A stretch of DNA of 64,000 nt from Alphaproteobacteria bacterium. Lineage in GTDB: Bacteria > Pseudomonadota > Alphaproteobacteria > Bin95. The notes below the pieces were generated by a model. It was not told where the DNA came from, ran no database searches, and was given only the letters and a program-made list of their open reading frames with translations. Every line of letters starts with the position of its first letter. The stretch's first letter is position 1. Shown in pieces: positions 39,501 through 50,814 of the stretch. The stretch lies in NCBI GenBank assembly GCA_965205265.1, contig CBDBGH010000003.1, positions 2,048,001-2,112,000 on the forward strand, in the 5' to 3' direction. Both the position numbers and the translations under genes were made by a program.

Positions 39501-40321
39501 GCGTCGATATCACCTTCGCCGAGGGGCCGGAGGGCGCGCAGGTGACGGTCGATTTCTCCCGCTCCTCGGACCAGGTGCCGGCCGCCATCAACAGCTATAT
39601 CAACTACACCCGCGCCTACACCTACTTCGCGGTCAAGGTGTTCTGCGACCCGTTCAGCCCGCAGAATGCGGGCGCGATGCGGCCGATAAGGCTGGTGGCG
39701 CGGGAGGGCAGCTTCTTCAACCCGAAGTTCCCGGCACCCTCGGGAGGCCGGGCCGCGCTGCAGGTCCGCATTTTCGACACGATCAACGGCGCGATGGCGC
39801 AGGCCATGCCAGAGCGCGCGATGGGCGCCTTCAGCCACTGGTCCAACCCCAATATCGGCGGGATCGACGACCGCACGGGCAAGCCCTATGTCTTTTACGA
39901 CCTGATCCTGGCCGGCTATGGCGGCCGGGCGGACAGCGACGGGCCGGAGGGCCTGAGCCCCGTGATGAACTGCTCCAACATCCCGGTGGAAGTGCATGAG
40001 ACCAATCTGCCGGTGCTGATACACCGGGTGGAACTGCTGGACGGCACCGGCGGCGCGGGCCGGCACAAGGGCGGTAGCGGCCTGCGCAAGGATATCGAAC
40101 TGCTGGCCGGCGAAGGCGTGCTGACCTTGCTCGGCGACCGGCATGAGAGCCGGCCCTACGGCGTGTTCGGTGGCGAGCCCGGCGCGCTCGGGGAGACGGT
40201 GCTCAACCCCGACGGCAACGGCGAGCGGCTCGGCTCCAAGGAAATCCGCACGCTGAAGCGCGGCGACGTGCTGAGCATCCGCACCAGCGGCGCCGGCGGC
40301 TACGGAACGCCCGACGGATAA
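36575..40321 (+). CDS. Fused hydantoinase A/B (5-oxoprolinase-like) protein
   Basis: DVGGTFTD, SGPAAG, DMGGTT, GPESAGADPGP (HyuA) then DPI..VIW, H.PD, H.MDVGG, GGAGRHKGG (HyuB). Confidence 0.9.
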   Translation: MTGKGAPYRIGVDVGGTFTDFVLRDEETGRVAVHKVPSTPADPSEAVRNGLPALLEKAGAGPGGIGQLLHATTVATNAIIQRRGAKTALITTRGFRDVLILGRQKRYETYDLHMLKPDPLIPRERIFEVPERVSFEGEVLEPLDEEELAPVLERIAAGGYEAVAVALLHAYANPAHERAVGRAVAARLPGAALSLSVDVSPKLREYERTNTTVANSFVKPLVGAYVRRLAEDFAAAGATAELSIMQSNGGLVSPALAGDYPVRIVESGPAAGVLLAGRIGRDIGADRVLSFDMGGTTAKLGAIDGGEPAIAPVFEVDPVRFKKGSGLPINVPAVELIEIGAGGGSVAAAVDGAIRVGPESAGADPGPACYGTGGERPTVTDANLALGYLNPAYFNGGAMALDPAAAEAALQEHVAGPLGLSAAEAAWGIHLVATGNMEHALRVVSVERGRDPRKYALVAFGGAGPIHAARIARTLGVRQVVVPRAAGVGSAIGMLAAEGRLDASVTRLLRLDEAAPGDIAAIYAGLEARLKEDLARLPGASEPEFRRFAYMRHTGQGFEIHVDLPAGEIGEGYTAACEAAFRAAYRARYRTEDPASAVEGVDWALAAVVPGSRDVSAGDAGAAPIGEPPGRRQAWFPEAGGMTETAVWRREAIGPDAVIEGPAIVEDAEATTVIPPGDRARPGPGGHLLIDIQQAAPGQEADDRAGSAGPGPCGGGRTAEASIDPIAFTVIWNSVVSIAEELGTTMRHTAFSEAVREGDDFSTAVFDAKGRMIAQGNFSPGHLGSMPFVIRHATEVYPPETLRPGDSILMNDSWMGSGHFPDFFQVMPVFEGGELLGYVAASAHQMDVGGAAPGSQKVHGVTESFQEGFRILPVRFCREGEIDRDILSMVLANTRVPDKVRGDVMAQHTANLTAAERFRQLFRDHGRAVVEQAFDDILDRSEARMRAALARVPPGTYSFDDRMDDYGPGTRPIHFGVDITFAEGPEGAQVTVDFSRSSDQVPAAINSYINYTRAYTYFAVKVFCDPFSPQNAGAMRPIRLVAREGSFFNPKFPAPSGGRAALQVRIFDTINGAMAQAMPERAMGAFSHWSNPNIGGIDDRTGKPYVFYDLILAGYGGRADSDGPEGLSPVMNCSNIPVEVHETNLPVLIHRVELLDGTGGAGRHKGGSGLRKDIELLAGEGVLTLLGDRHESRPYGVFGGEPGALGETVLNPDGNGERLGSKEIRTLKRGDVLSIRTSGAGGYGTPDG

Positions 40322-40335
40322 GCCCCGATCGGCGT

Positions 40336-40761
40336 TCAGGGCGCCAAGATCGCAAACCTCTCCCGGGACGCCGCTTCGTTCAAACGTGTATCGAAGCACA
40401 CGAACCCGACACCGGAAGGATCCTCTTCCGCGCTTGCCAGCGCTGCCGCGAGCTGGAGGCTGTCGGCGGCCCGGAGCGGATGCACGCGGAGCAGACGCTG
40501 CGCCAGATCCTTGACGCGCCGGCCCGGCTGGACTTCGTACCACTGCTGCGAGAGAGCATGGAGGCGTTGGATAGCTCCGGACGCTTCGGCCGTCGTCAGG
40601 CTTCCTTCGCGTTCCCGGCGTGAGATCGCCCCGACATACTCAACCGTCGATCCCCACCAGACGGCCATGCGGTCATCCGCCTCCAGCAAGCGGACAGCGA
40701 ACTGCCGGTGTCTTTCATCCACACCGAGAGCGACGAGGGCGGAGGTGTCCCAGAAGTTCAA
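40336..40761 (-). CDS. VapC-like PIN-domain toxin
   Basis: FWDTSAL, LRAADSLQLAAAL, FVCFDTRL. Confidence 0.88.
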   Translation of the reverse strand: MNFWDTSALVALGVDERHRQFAVRLLEADDRMAVWWGSTVEYVGAISRREREGSLTTAEASGAIQRLHALSQQWYEVQPGRRVKDLAQRLLRVHPLRAADSLQLAAALASAEEDPSGVGFVCFDTRLNEAASRERFAILAP

Positions 40762-41084
40762 CGATTGCCTTCCCGATACTCTTCCTCACGTTCTTCGAGC
40801 AGTGCATCCAAAATCCTGGCGTCCGCCCGGAGGGGTGACCCCAGGACTGTCAAGGGACTCTCCGCCCTGCGTCGCAGTAGTATTCCGGCGCGCTCCAGCC
40901 GGGCAATCCTGGCATCGTCGTCTGCCTCGTTCGTCCCGCCCGTGCTGTCCGCGCCCCGTCCGACAGGGACGATACGCGCCACGGGGGTCGTGCGGTCGAG
41001 CACCAGCACCGTCTCACCCGCTCGAACCCGGCGGAGATAGGCGCTCAGGCCGTTCTTTGCTTCGGAAACCGTAACCCGGATCAT
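40758..41084 (-). CDS. Phd/YefM family antitoxin
   Basis: VTVSEAKNGLSAYLRRVRAGETVLV..R..PVARIVP; 4-nt overlap with toxin. Confidence 0.88.
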   Translation of the reverse strand: MIRVTVSEAKNGLSAYLRRVRAGETVLVLDRTTPVARIVPVGRGADSTGGTNEADDDARIARLERAGILLRRRAESPLTVLGSPLRADARILDALLEEREEEYREGNR

Positions 41085-41115
41085 GAGTTTATCCCCGGTT
41101 CCGTATCTATCCATG

Positions 41116-41137
41116 ATAGCCAGATAAATCAGGCTAT
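41116..41137. promoter_or_regulatory. Putative TA autoregulatory operator
   Basis: ATAGCCAGAT-AA-ATCAGGCTAT inverted repeat (1 mismatch) just upstream of the antitoxin. Confidence 0.6.
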
Positions 41138-41281
41138 ACAAGATACAATTGGCCGTTCAAGACCGGCAGGCTTCAACCTGTGTCTTTGCCCTCTATTAAG
41201 CGCGGCTGCCTTTTCGCTGATCGCCACCTCGATTCATGCTTTATACCCTTCCCCACCGGAACCGCGCAGGAAGGACCCGGA

Positions 41282-41890
41282 ATGCCGTTGCAGAATCGCG
41301 TGACGCCTTTCGGAGACATCGTCGCCGCGCCGGAGCGGGGGACGATGATGGGCAATCGCGGCATCCTGCATGACGGGCACCGGGCGCTCGGCCGGCGGCG
41401 CTGGACGCACAAGGCCTGGATCTGCTGCGTCACCGAGTTCCGCGGCCGGAAGCGGCAGGTGATGGCGCCGGGGCGCTATACGGAGCTCTTCTTTCTCGAC
41501 GAAGCGGTGGCGCTCGCCGCCGGGCACCGGCCCTGCTTCGAGTGCCGGCGCGAGGCCGCCAGGACCTATGCCGCCTGCTGGGGCGGCAGCCCGCGGGCCG
41601 GAGAGATGGATCGCGCGCTGCATGCCGAACGCCTCGACGGACGCCTCCGGCGCACCCACATCCGCGACTTCGCGGAACTTCCCGACGGTGCCTTCGTAAG
41701 CCGGGACGGGGCCGCCTGGCTGGTCAGGGGCCCGCTGCTGCTGCGCTACACGCCCGGCGGATACGATGCCGCGACCGAGCGCCCCGCCGGCGCAGTCGAG
41801 GTGCTGACGCCGCCCGCCACGCTCAGGGCGCTCAGGGCCGGCTACGCCCCGCAGATCCACCCGTCGGCCGAAGCTCCATCTGCGCCTTGA
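41282..41890 (+). CDS. Conserved hypothetical protein with Ada-like Cys motif
   Basis: QNRVTPFG, MGNRG.LH, YTELFFLDEA.ALAAGHRPCFECRR; AGGA RBS. Confidence 0.7.
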   Translation: MPLQNRVTPFGDIVAAPERGTMMGNRGILHDGHRALGRRRWTHKAWICCVTEFRGRKRQVMAPGRYTELFFLDEAVALAAGHRPCFECRREAARTYAACWGGSPRAGEMDRALHAERLDGRLRRTHIRDFAELPDGAFVSRDGAAWLVRGPLLLRYTPGGYDAATERPAGAVEVLTPPATLRALRAGYAPQIHPSAEAPSAP

Positions 41891-42719
41891 ACACGAGGTC
41901 CGCAATGCCCGAGGCCGCGCCCTCGGCTGCCGCAGCGGCAAGCGATGTCCACGCGCCCTCCAGCCATGCGGCCGGCACGGCATTGGCCTGATCCACCCTG
42001 CCGACCTCGTTCCCGTCCGACCAGACGACGGACCAGCCGAGCCGCAGCTCCCGGAGGCCTGCAAGGGCCGGGCCGGCCTCCACGTCGCCGAAGACATGCA
42101 GGTGGCTCGGCGCGGCGGGCGGCACGACATCCAGCCCGCGGCCCGCAAGCGCCGCTTCGAGCGCGCGCAACAGCGGGTCCGTCGCTTCGGGGGCGGCGCC
42201 GGAAATCGGCGCGATGGAGATTTTGAGCCGGACAGAACCGCCTTCGCCCGGGCTTTCGGCGCGAACCCGCCGGGCGACCTCGTCCGCCAGCTCTTCGAGA
42301 CGCGCGGCCAGCGCCTCCGGCCGGCCGGCCTCGACCTCCTGCTCGAAACGCCCGGCCAGCCGGCCGTCCCAGTCGCGGAGTTCCCAGACGAGGGCGGACG
42401 GAGCGAATCCGTCCGGCATTGCGGCAAGTTCGACGCGCCCGGTCACCCAATAGCTGAGTCGATTGCCCTCATGCCGGCTGGCCGGCAGTCCGCGTCGATG
42501 CAACGCTCCCTCGAGGTCCCGACGCAGCCGGTCCTCGAGTTCCGGCGGCGCCCCTTCGATTCGCCCCACCTGGACGCCGACGCTTTCCGGGAGCGCCAGA
42601 AGGGCGCTCGCCTTGTCGCGTTCCATGACCTGCGGCAGGGGCTGGCAGGCCACCGCGAACAGCGCCGCCGCGAGAAGGCCGGCCACCCTAGACAAGGATG
42701 CAGCCCACGAGAAGGCCAA
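41832..42719 (-). CDS. Hypothetical lipoprotein
   Basis: Hydrophobic N-terminus ending in VAC lipobox; internally duplicated beta-rich halves; start uncertain. Confidence 0.6.
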   Translation of the reverse strand: MAFSWAASLSRVAGLLAAALFAVACQPLPQVMERDKASALLALPESVGVQVGRIEGAPPELEDRLRRDLEGALHRRGLPASRHEGNRLSYWVTGRVELAAMPDGFAPSALVWELRDWDGRLAGRFEQEVEAGRPEALAARLEELADEVARRVRAESPGEGGSVRLKISIAPISGAAPEATDPLLRALEAALAGRGLDVVPPAAPSHLHVFGDVEAGPALAGLRELRLGWSVVWSDGNEVGRVDQANAVPAAWLEGAWTSLAAAAAEGAASGIADLVFKAQMELRPTGGSAGRSRP

Positions 42720-42780
42720 GCAGGCAAAGCCCGAGGAAGATCACCAGATGCGGCATCTCCGCAGCGGCCCCGTTCTCACA

Positions 42781-42814
42781 CAGAAAGAAGCCCGCGCCGG
42801 GACGACGCGGGCTT
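42781..42814 (-). terminator. Rho-independent terminator
   Basis: AAGCCCGCG...CGCGGGCTT stem followed on the minus strand by CTTTCTG, downstream of the SBP. Confidence 0.6.
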
Positions 42815-42855
42815 GCAATTCTCCGGCACGGCCGTTTCGGACCGTCCGGCAGGGA

Positions 42856-44547
42856 CTACTTGTCGAGCCAGAAGGTGTCGAACCGTCCGACGTCGTAGAG
42901 GCCGAAATAGTTGTAAGGGTTGTGGCCCTTGACGTAGTTGTACCAGCCGTCGTTGATCTTCTCCCAGGAGATCGGCAGCACCGGCGGGTTCTCCTCCATC
43001 ACCATCTCGGCCGCGGTAATCGCCTCCTGCCGCTTGACCGGATCGACCTCGCTGTGGATGGCCGCCAGCAGTTCAGTGAAGCGCGGGTCTTCCCACTGCG
43101 AGTAGTTCTGCGGGCCGTTCGGGCCGTACCAGGTGTTGAAGTAATCCGACGGATCGATCAGGGTCGAGACGATGGCACCGACCGACAGGTCGAACTTGCC
43201 GTTATTGGTGTCGTCGAACCAGACCGACTCCACGACCGTGCGCAGCTCGCACTCGATATTGAGCGCCTGCGCCAGCATGGCCTGGATCGCCTGCGACCAG
43301 ATCTTGAAGGTCGCCACATCGCGCACCACGAAGTCGAGCCCCTTGATGCCGCCGCCGTGGCCTGCGGCCTCCAGCAGCGCCCTGGCTTCCTTGATGGAGG
43401 CCGTGGTATCCGGCTGGTAGCCGAGGCGCTTGGAGAGCTGGTCCGTCGGCGTCGCCACATCCGAGAACGGATAGATGAAGCCGCCGACCAGCATCGGCGC
43501 CACATCCTTGACGGCTTCCACCAGCACCGGCCGGTCGAAGACCAGATGCATGGCCCGGCGCACCCTCGGGTCGTTGAAGGGCTCGCGGTCGGCGTTGAGC
43601 CAGACCGCCTGGATGACGCTCTGGTAGTAGTCTGTCGCCGTCATGTCGTCGCGGCTGTCGGCTTCCTTGCGCGTCACCGGGTCGATCAGCCGGGCATAGT
43701 CCGTCCGCCCGGCCAGGAAGGCCGAGCCGAGCTCCGGCGAGAACGGCAGGCCGTGGTAGAACTCGATGCCGTCGAGATAGGGCAACCCTTCCATCCAGTA
43801 GTCCGGGTTCTTCTGCATCACCCAGATTTCCTGCTCGACGCGCCGCACGCTGCGGAACGGCCCGGTGCCGGGGACATCGAGGGTCTTGCGCAGGTTGTAG
43901 TTGTTGTCCTCAAGCGTCTTCTTGCGGACGATGCCGTTCCAGCCGCTGGCGATGGCACCCATGATGAAGGCCGGCGGCCGCGGCACGGCCAGCTTGAACT
44001 GGACGGTGTGCTTGTCGGGCGCGGTGACCTCCTCGACCGAGGTGAAGAGCGCGCTGCGCGGAATGTTGATGCCCTCCGGCGGCTTGGTGATGCGGTCGAA
44101 GGTCGCCTTCACGTCCGCAGAGGTGAGCTCGGCGCCGTCCGAGAAATGCACGCCCTTGCGCAGGAAGAAGGTGTAGGTCTTGCCGTCCGGGGCGATCTCC
44201 CAGCTATGGGCGAGGTCGGGAATGATCGTCTGGCCGCTGTCGCGCGGGTCGCGGCGGATCAGGTTGTCGTACATGCAGGCCTGACTGCCGAGATTGTTGA
44301 TCGTGCCCGACTGGTGGAAGTCGAGATGCGGCGGGCGCATGGTGATGCCGTAGCGCAGCACGCCGCCCGATTTCGGGTTCGGCTCGGTCGCCGCAAGCTG
44401 GAACTTGGAGCCGTCATATTCCATCGGCACGGCCGCGGCAGCCTTGCGCGAAGACAAGCCATAGGCGCCCGCAGCTGCCAGCGCCGCGCTTCCCTGAAGG
44501 AAGTGCCGCCTGGACCAATGCGGGTTCAGAAATCCTTTTCGAGCCAT
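42856..44547 (-). CDS. Peptide/nickel ABC substrate-binding protein (family 5), Tat-exported
   Basis: SRRHFLQ twin-arginine signal; PDLAHSWE..DGKTYTF.LRKGVHFSDG. Confidence 0.9.
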   Translation of the reverse strand: MARKGFLNPHWSRRHFLQGSAALAAAGAYGLSSRKAAAAVPMEYDGSKFQLAATEPNPKSGGVLRYGITMRPPHLDFHQSGTINNLGSQACMYDNLIRRDPRDSGQTIIPDLAHSWEIAPDGKTYTFFLRKGVHFSDGAELTSADVKATFDRITKPPEGINIPRSALFTSVEEVTAPDKHTVQFKLAVPRPPAFIMGAIASGWNGIVRKKTLEDNNYNLRKTLDVPGTGPFRSVRRVEQEIWVMQKNPDYWMEGLPYLDGIEFYHGLPFSPELGSAFLAGRTDYARLIDPVTRKEADSRDDMTATDYYQSVIQAVWLNADREPFNDPRVRRAMHLVFDRPVLVEAVKDVAPMLVGGFIYPFSDVATPTDQLSKRLGYQPDTTASIKEARALLEAAGHGGGIKGLDFVVRDVATFKIWSQAIQAMLAQALNIECELRTVVESVWFDDTNNGKFDLSVGAIVSTLIDPSDYFNTWYGPNGPQNYSQWEDPRFTELLAAIHSEVDPVKRQEAITAAEMVMEENPPVLPISWEKINDGWYNYVKGHNPYNYFGLYDVGRFDTFWLDK

Positions 44548-44656
44548 AATGCTCCTCCCTGCCTGAATCCGGGGCCGTTGCGGCCCCTAATGCGATATGC
44601 TGTCGGCCGAGTGCCGCCCTCGCATAGGCTTACCGCATTCTTAAGGAGCTTCGATT

Positions 44657-45702
44657 ATGGACCTAACCGAGCCGCTCGAACAAGAGGCCCCGGCGGTGTC
44701 GGCCGACAATGTGCTGGAAGTCGAAGACCTGCAGACGCACTTCTTCACCAATGACGGCGTGGTGCGCGCGGTGGACGGCGTCTCCTACAGCGTGCGCCGG
44801 GGCGAGACCCTTGGAGTGGTCGGGGAATCCGGCTGCGGCAAGAGCGTGACGGCGCTTTCGATCCTGCGCCTGGTGGCGAACCCGCCGGGGCGCATCGTCG
44901 GCGGCGCCGTCCGGCTGGAGGGACGGGACCTCCTCGAAGCGACCGAGACCGAAATGGAGGATGTCCGGGGCAACGAGATCTCCATGATCTTCCAGGAGCC
45001 GATGACCTCCCTCAATCCGCTGTTCACGGTCGGCAGGCAGATCGGGGAAGCCATCGCGCTCCACCAGGGCCTTTCGAAACGCGACGCGATGGACCGGGCC
45101 ATCGAGATGCTGCGCGAGGTCCATATCCCCGAGCCCGAGCGCCGTGCGCACGAATATCCGCATCAGCTTTCCGGCGGCATGCGCCAGCGGGTGATGATCG
45201 CCATGGCGCTTTCCTGCAACCCGAAAGTGCTGATCGCCGACGAGCCGACGACCGCGCTCGACGTCACCATCCAGGCGCAAATTCTCGACCTGATGCGCGA
45301 GACGCAGCGCTCCCAGGGCCAGGCCGTCATCCTGATTACCCACGACATGGGCGTGGTCGCCGAAAACGCCGACCGGGTGGTGGTGATGTATGCGGGCCGC
45401 AAGGTCGAGGAGGCCGAAGTGGACGAGCTGTTCGACCATCCGGGCCATCCCTATACGGAGGGCCTGCTGGGCGCCATTCCGAGCCTGGAGACCGCGGCGC
45501 ACACGGAGAGCGGCAGAGGACGCCTGAACGAGATCGAGGGCATGGTGCCCTCGCTTGCCAACCTGCCGCCGGGATGCACCTTCGCGCCGCGCTGCCGCTA
45601 TGCGAGCGAGCAGTGCCGGCAGGAATTTCCGCCGCTCGAAAGCTACCGTCCGGGCCACTGGGTCGCCTGCTGGCACGCGGACCGCCTGCTGGGAGGAACG
45701 GC

Positions 45703-45706
<4 letters not shown>
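44657..45706 (+). CDS. Oligopeptide ABC ATP-binding protein (DppD-like)
   Basis: [41 protein letters not shown]-terminus. Confidence 0.92.
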
Positions 45707-46737
<1,031 letters not shown>

Positions 46738-46756
46738 GACGAAGAGCCGGGCCGCG

Positions 46757-47668
46757 TCACACCGAGCCGCGCAGGCGCGGGTCGAGCACGTCGCGGATGC
46801 CGTCGCCGAACAGGTTGAAGGCGAGCACGGTGATGGTGATCGCCACGCCCGGGAACAGCACCAGCCACCAGGGCGGGACGATGCCGGCATTGAGCGCGTC
46901 CGCCAGCATGTTGCCCCAGGTCGGCGCTGGCGGCGGAATGCCGACGCCGAGGAAGCCGAGCGAGGCCTCGATGATGATCGCAACCCCGAGATGGGTCGTG
47001 GCGAGGATCAGGTAGGGCGCCACGCATTGCGGCAGGATGTGGAAGAGCATGATGCGCATGTCGGAGGCGCCGAGGCTGCGCGCCGCCTCCACGAAGGACA
47101 TTTCCTTGAGCGACAGCACGACGGAGCGGATCACGCGCCCGCCGAACGGTATTCGCGTGATCGCAATGGCGATGATGACCGTCACCGTGCCGGAGCCGAG
47201 CGCCATGGCGATCGCCATGGCGAGTATCAGGTCCGGGAAGGATTGCAGGAACTCGATGATGCGCTGGCTGACAATATCGAACCGCCCTCCCAGAAAGCCG
47301 CAGGCCAGGCCCCAGAGCGAGCCGAGCGTAGTGCCGAGCAGCACTGCAGCGAAGGCGACGATGAGCGAGGTGCGGCTGCCGTGGATGACGCGGCTCAGCG
47401 TGTCGCGGCCGATCTGGTCCGTGCCGAACAGATGTTCGTCATAGGGCGCCTTCTGCATGCTCCGGAAGTCGGACTTGAGCGGCGGATAGGGCGAAATGAC
47501 CGGCGCGGCCACCGCCATGGCCACGATCAGGAGCGCGACGCAGCCCCAGAATGCCGACAGCGGCGAGCGCCGCCCGAAATGCCTGAGGCCGCCCCACATG
47601 CGGGCAGGCAGCGACTGCGCAGGCCGGCGGGCCTCTTCCGCGGTCGGGGTTTCGGGCTGCGCGGTCAT
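46757..47668 (-). CDS. Peptide ABC permease (DppC-like)
   Basis: FGTDQIGRD.LSRVIHG, FVEAARSLGA, EASLGFLGVG, FNLFGDGIRDVLDP. Confidence 0.92.
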   Translation of the reverse strand: MTAQPETPTAEEARRPAQSLPARMWGGLRHFGRRSPLSAFWGCVALLIVAMAVAAPVISPYPPLKSDFRSMQKAPYDEHLFGTDQIGRDTLSRVIHGSRTSLIVAFAAVLLGTTLGSLWGLACGFLGGRFDIVSQRIIEFLQSFPDLILAMAIAMALGSGTVTVIIAIAITRIPFGGRVIRSVVLSLKEMSFVEAARSLGASDMRIMLFHILPQCVAPYLILATTHLGVAIIIEASLGFLGVGIPPPAPTWGNMLADALNAGIVPPWWLVLFPGVAITITVLAFNLFGDGIRDVLDPRLRGSV

Positions 47669-48627
47669 TGGTATCTGATCCTCGGGTCGATCCAGGCGAT
47701 GATGATATCCACGGTGATATTCAGCATCACGAACACCACGGCATAGAGGAAAACGAGGTTCTGCATGACGAAGATGTCGCGCTCATTGACTGCCGTGAAC
47801 ATGGCGTAGCCGAGGCCCGGCGTGCCGAAGGCGCGCTCCACCGGGATCGAGCCCGCCAGCACGAAGCCGAGCAGGATGCCCGACAGCGTGATGACCGGGA
47901 GCAGCGCATTGGGCAGCGCGTGGAGGCTGACCACGAGCCGCCCGTTCAGCCCCTTGGCCCTGGCGGTGCGCACATAGTCCTCGCGGATCACCTCCAGCAG
48001 GCTGGAGCGGGCCATGCGCGCGATATAGGCGGCCTGGCCGAGCGCGAGCACGAAGGCGGGCCCGATAATGATCTGCAGCACGGTTCCGGGGTCCTCGAAC
48101 AGGCCCGCCCCGCCGGCGGTCTGCGGCGCGCGGTAGCCGAAGCCGAACAGGAGGCCCAGCACGATCAGCATGCCGAGCCAGAACCCCGGCACGGCGAGGC
48201 AGGTGATCGAGATCACGCGGGCGGTGTTGTCGGCGGCGGTGTTGGGCCTGAGCGCGCTCACGATCGCCACCGGGATGCCGAGGATCCAGGAGAGGACGAC
48301 CGACAGGATGGCGATCTGCGCCGTCAGCGGTCCGCGCCGCAGCACCATCTCGCCGACGCTCTCCGCGCGGAAGAAGGAGCGGCCGAGCTCGCCCCTCGCG
48401 ATGTCCCAAAGCCAGTTGAGATACTGGACGATCAGCGGGTCGGCGAGGCCGAGCTCCTCCATGTAGCTCTGCCGCTGGGCCTCGGTGAGCTTGGTCATGC
48501 CCTCCGGGCCGAAGATCGCGGTCAGCGGATCGCCCGGCATGATCCGCATGATGAGGAACACGATGATCGACACGCCGAACACCGTGATCCCGCCGAACGC
48601 CAGCCGGCGCACGATATAGCTATACAT
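47665..48627 (-). CDS. Peptide ABC permease (DppB-like)
   Basis: PGDP, EDYVRTARAKGL, HALPNALLP, IDPRIR. Confidence 0.92.
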   Translation of the reverse strand: MYSYIVRRLAFGGITVFGVSIIVFLIMRIMPGDPLTAIFGPEGMTKLTEAQRQSYMEELGLADPLIVQYLNWLWDIARGELGRSFFRAESVGEMVLRRGPLTAQIAILSVVLSWILGIPVAIVSALRPNTAADNTARVISITCLAVPGFWLGMLIVLGLLFGFGYRAPQTAGGAGLFEDPGTVLQIIIGPAFVLALGQAAYIARMARSSLLEVIREDYVRTARAKGLNGRLVVSLHALPNALLPVITLSGILLGFVLAGSIPVERAFGTPGLGYAMFTAVNERDIFVMQNLVFLYAVVFVMLNITVDIIIAWIDPRIRYQ

Positions 48628-48735
48628 CCGGTTCTCGCCGGCGGCTCATCGTCAAAGACGCCTTCCCCTCGCTCCGCCGGGCAGACTGCTTGCCGGGAGG
48701 CGGCGCTGTCAAGGCGCTGACGGCCCGGGCACCGC

Positions 48736-49725
48736 TCAGCGCAGGTGGCAGGCGACCGTGTGGCCGGGCGCGATTTCGCGCAGCGCCGGAGATTCGACCC
48801 GGCAACGTTCCTCCGCATAGGGGCAGCGCGTGTGGAAATGGCAGCCCGACGGCGGGCTGATCGGGCTCGGCACGTCGCCCTGGAGCACCATCTTCTTCCG
48901 GCGGAGCCGCGGGTCGGGCACCGGCACGGCCGACAGCAGCGCTTCGGTATAGGGATGCTGCGGGTCGGTGAAGAGGGTCCGCTTGTCGGTGTATTCCACA
49001 ATGCGCCCGAGATACATGACCGCGATCCGGTGGCTGATATGCTCGACCACCGCCAGGTCGTGGGCGACGAACAGATAGGAGAGCCGGAACTCCTTCTGGA
49101 GGTCCATCAGCAGGTTGATGACCTGCGCCTGGATGGACACGTCGAGCGCCGAGACCGGCTCGTCCCCGACGATCAGCTTCGGATTGAGCGCGAGCGCGCG
49201 CGCAATGCCGATGCGCTGGCGCTGGCCGCCGGAGAACTCGTGCGGGAAGCTCTTCATCTGGGCGCGGCTGAGGCCCACCCGCTCGAACAGCTCCGCTACC
49301 CGTTCCTCCCGCTCGGCGGCGTTGCCGAGGCCGTGGACCCGCAGCAGCTCGCCCACGATATCGCCCGCCGACATGCGCGGATTGAGCGAGGAATAAGGGT
49401 CCTGGAAGATGATCTGCATCTCGCGGCGCACTGCGCGCATGTCGGTCTTGCCGAGATCGGTCACATCGCGACCGTTGAGGCGGATCGTGCCCTCGGTCGG
49501 GTCGATCAGGCGGAGCACGGTGCGCCCGACCGTGGACTTGCCGCAGCCGGATTCGCCGACCAGCCCGAGCGTCTCGCCGGGGCCGATATGGAAGCTCACG
49601 CCATCGACGGCATAGACCTTGCCGGCATGGCGGGAGAGCAGCCCCTTCTTGACCGGGAAGTGCTTTTTCAGCCCCTCCACTTCCAGCACCGGGGGCTGGA
49701 CGGCATTCTCTGCAGGGGTGTTCAC
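48736..49725 (-). CDS. Oligopeptide ABC ATP-binding protein (DppF-like)
   Basis: Walker [10 protein letters not shown]; close paralogue of 45703-46737. Confidence 0.92.
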   Translation of the reverse strand: MNTPAENAVQPPVLEVEGLKKHFPVKKGLLSRHAGKVYAVDGVSFHIGPGETLGLVGESGCGKSTVGRTVLRLIDPTEGTIRLNGRDVTDLGKTDMRAVRREMQIIFQDPYSSLNPRMSAGDIVGELLRVHGLGNAAEREERVAELFERVGLSRAQMKSFPHEFSGGQRQRIGIARALALNPKLIVGDEPVSALDVSIQAQVINLLMDLQKEFRLSYLFVAHDLAVVEHISHRIAVMYLGRIVEYTDKRTLFTDPQHPYTEALLSAVPVPDPRLRRKKMVLQGDVPSPISPPSGCHFHTRCPYAEERCRVESPALREIAPGHTVACHLR

Positions 49726-50792
49726 GAGGCGGCCCCGAACAGGCGCTCGGAATGCCAGCAGGCGGCCCAGTGGCCGGGCTGCTTCTCCTGGTAAGGCGGA
49801 TATTCCGCGCGGCAGCGGTCGTCCGCAAAGCGGCAGCGGGGCGCGAAGGCGCAGCCGGGCGGCAGGTTGTTCAGCGGCGGCACGATGCCCGGAATTTCCT
49901 CGAGGCGTTCGGCGGCCGCGGTGTCCTCGCCGCTCATGATGGCGAGGCGCGGCACGGAAGCCATCAGGCCGTGGGTGTAGGGATGCATCGGGTTGGAGAA
50001 GAGCGGCACGACATCCGCCTCCTCCACCTTCCGGCCCGCATACATGACGATGATGCGCTGGGTCGTTTCCGCCACGACGCCAAGATCGTGGGTAATCAGG
50101 ATGACGGCCGTGCCGAGCTCCTGCTGCAGGCGCACGATGAGGTCGAGTATCTGCGCTTGGATGGTGACATCGAGCGCGGTGGTCGGCTCGTCGGCGATCA
50201 GCACCTTCGGGTTGCAGGCGAGCGCCATCGCGATCATCGCCCGCTGGCGCATGCCGCCGGAAAGCTGGTGCGGATATTCCCTTGCGCGCTGCGCCGGCTC
50301 GGGAATGCGCATCATGTCGAGCATCTCGACCGCCCGCGACAGCGCCTCGGCCCGGCTCATGTCCCGGTGCAGGATCAGCGCCTCGGCGATCTGGTAGCCG
50401 ATGGTCAGCACCGGGTTGAGCGAGGTCATCGGCTCCTGGAAGATCATGGAGATATCGTTGCCGCGCACGAGGCGCATCTCGGCCTCGTCGAGGTCCAGAA
50501 GGTCCCTTCCGTCGAGCGTCACCCGGCCGCCGATGATGCGCCCCGGCGGGTCCGGCACGAGGCGCATGACGGACAGCGCGGTGATGCTCTTGCCGCAGCC
50601 GGACTCGCCCACGATCCCGAGCGTCTCGCCCTTGCGCAGGTTGAAGGAGACCCCGTCCACGGCCTTGACGATTCCCTGGCGCGTGTAGAACCAGGTTTGC
50701 AGGTCCTTCACGTCCAGCGCGATGTCCCCGGCCGGCGCTTCCGCGGACGCGACCGCCCCGTCATCGAGGGCGGTCATCGTGTCGGAGGTCAT
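49722..50792 (-). CDS. Oligopeptide ABC ATP-binding protein (DppD-like)
   Basis: Walker [10 protein letters not shown]; paralogue of 44657-45706. Confidence 0.92.
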   Translation of the reverse strand: MTSDTMTALDDGAVASAEAPAGDIALDVKDLQTWFYTRQGIVKAVDGVSFNLRKGETLGIVGESGCGKSITALSVMRLVPDPPGRIIGGRVTLDGRDLLDLDEAEMRLVRGNDISMIFQEPMTSLNPVLTIGYQIAEALILHRDMSRAEALSRAVEMLDMMRIPEPAQRAREYPHQLSGGMRQRAMIAMALACNPKVLIADEPTTALDVTIQAQILDLIVRLQQELGTAVILITHDLGVVAETTQRIIVMYAGRKVEEADVVPLFSNPMHPYTHGLMASVPRLAIMSGEDTAAAERLEEIPGIVPPLNNLPPGCAFAPRCRFADDRCRAEYPPYQEKQPGHWAACWHSERLFGAAS

Positions 50793-50814
50793 GTCTCGCA
50801 CCCCATGTTCCGGC

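Noticed and set aside
36575-40321. HyuA-HyuB fusion as a novelty
   Set aside because: Single-chain hydantoinase/5-oxoprolinase fusions are well known.
36509-40543. Very long antisense ORFs (also 6446-8875, 11932-14304, 57666-60248)
   Set aside because: Shadow frames produced by high-GC codon bias opposite real genes; no recognisable motifs.
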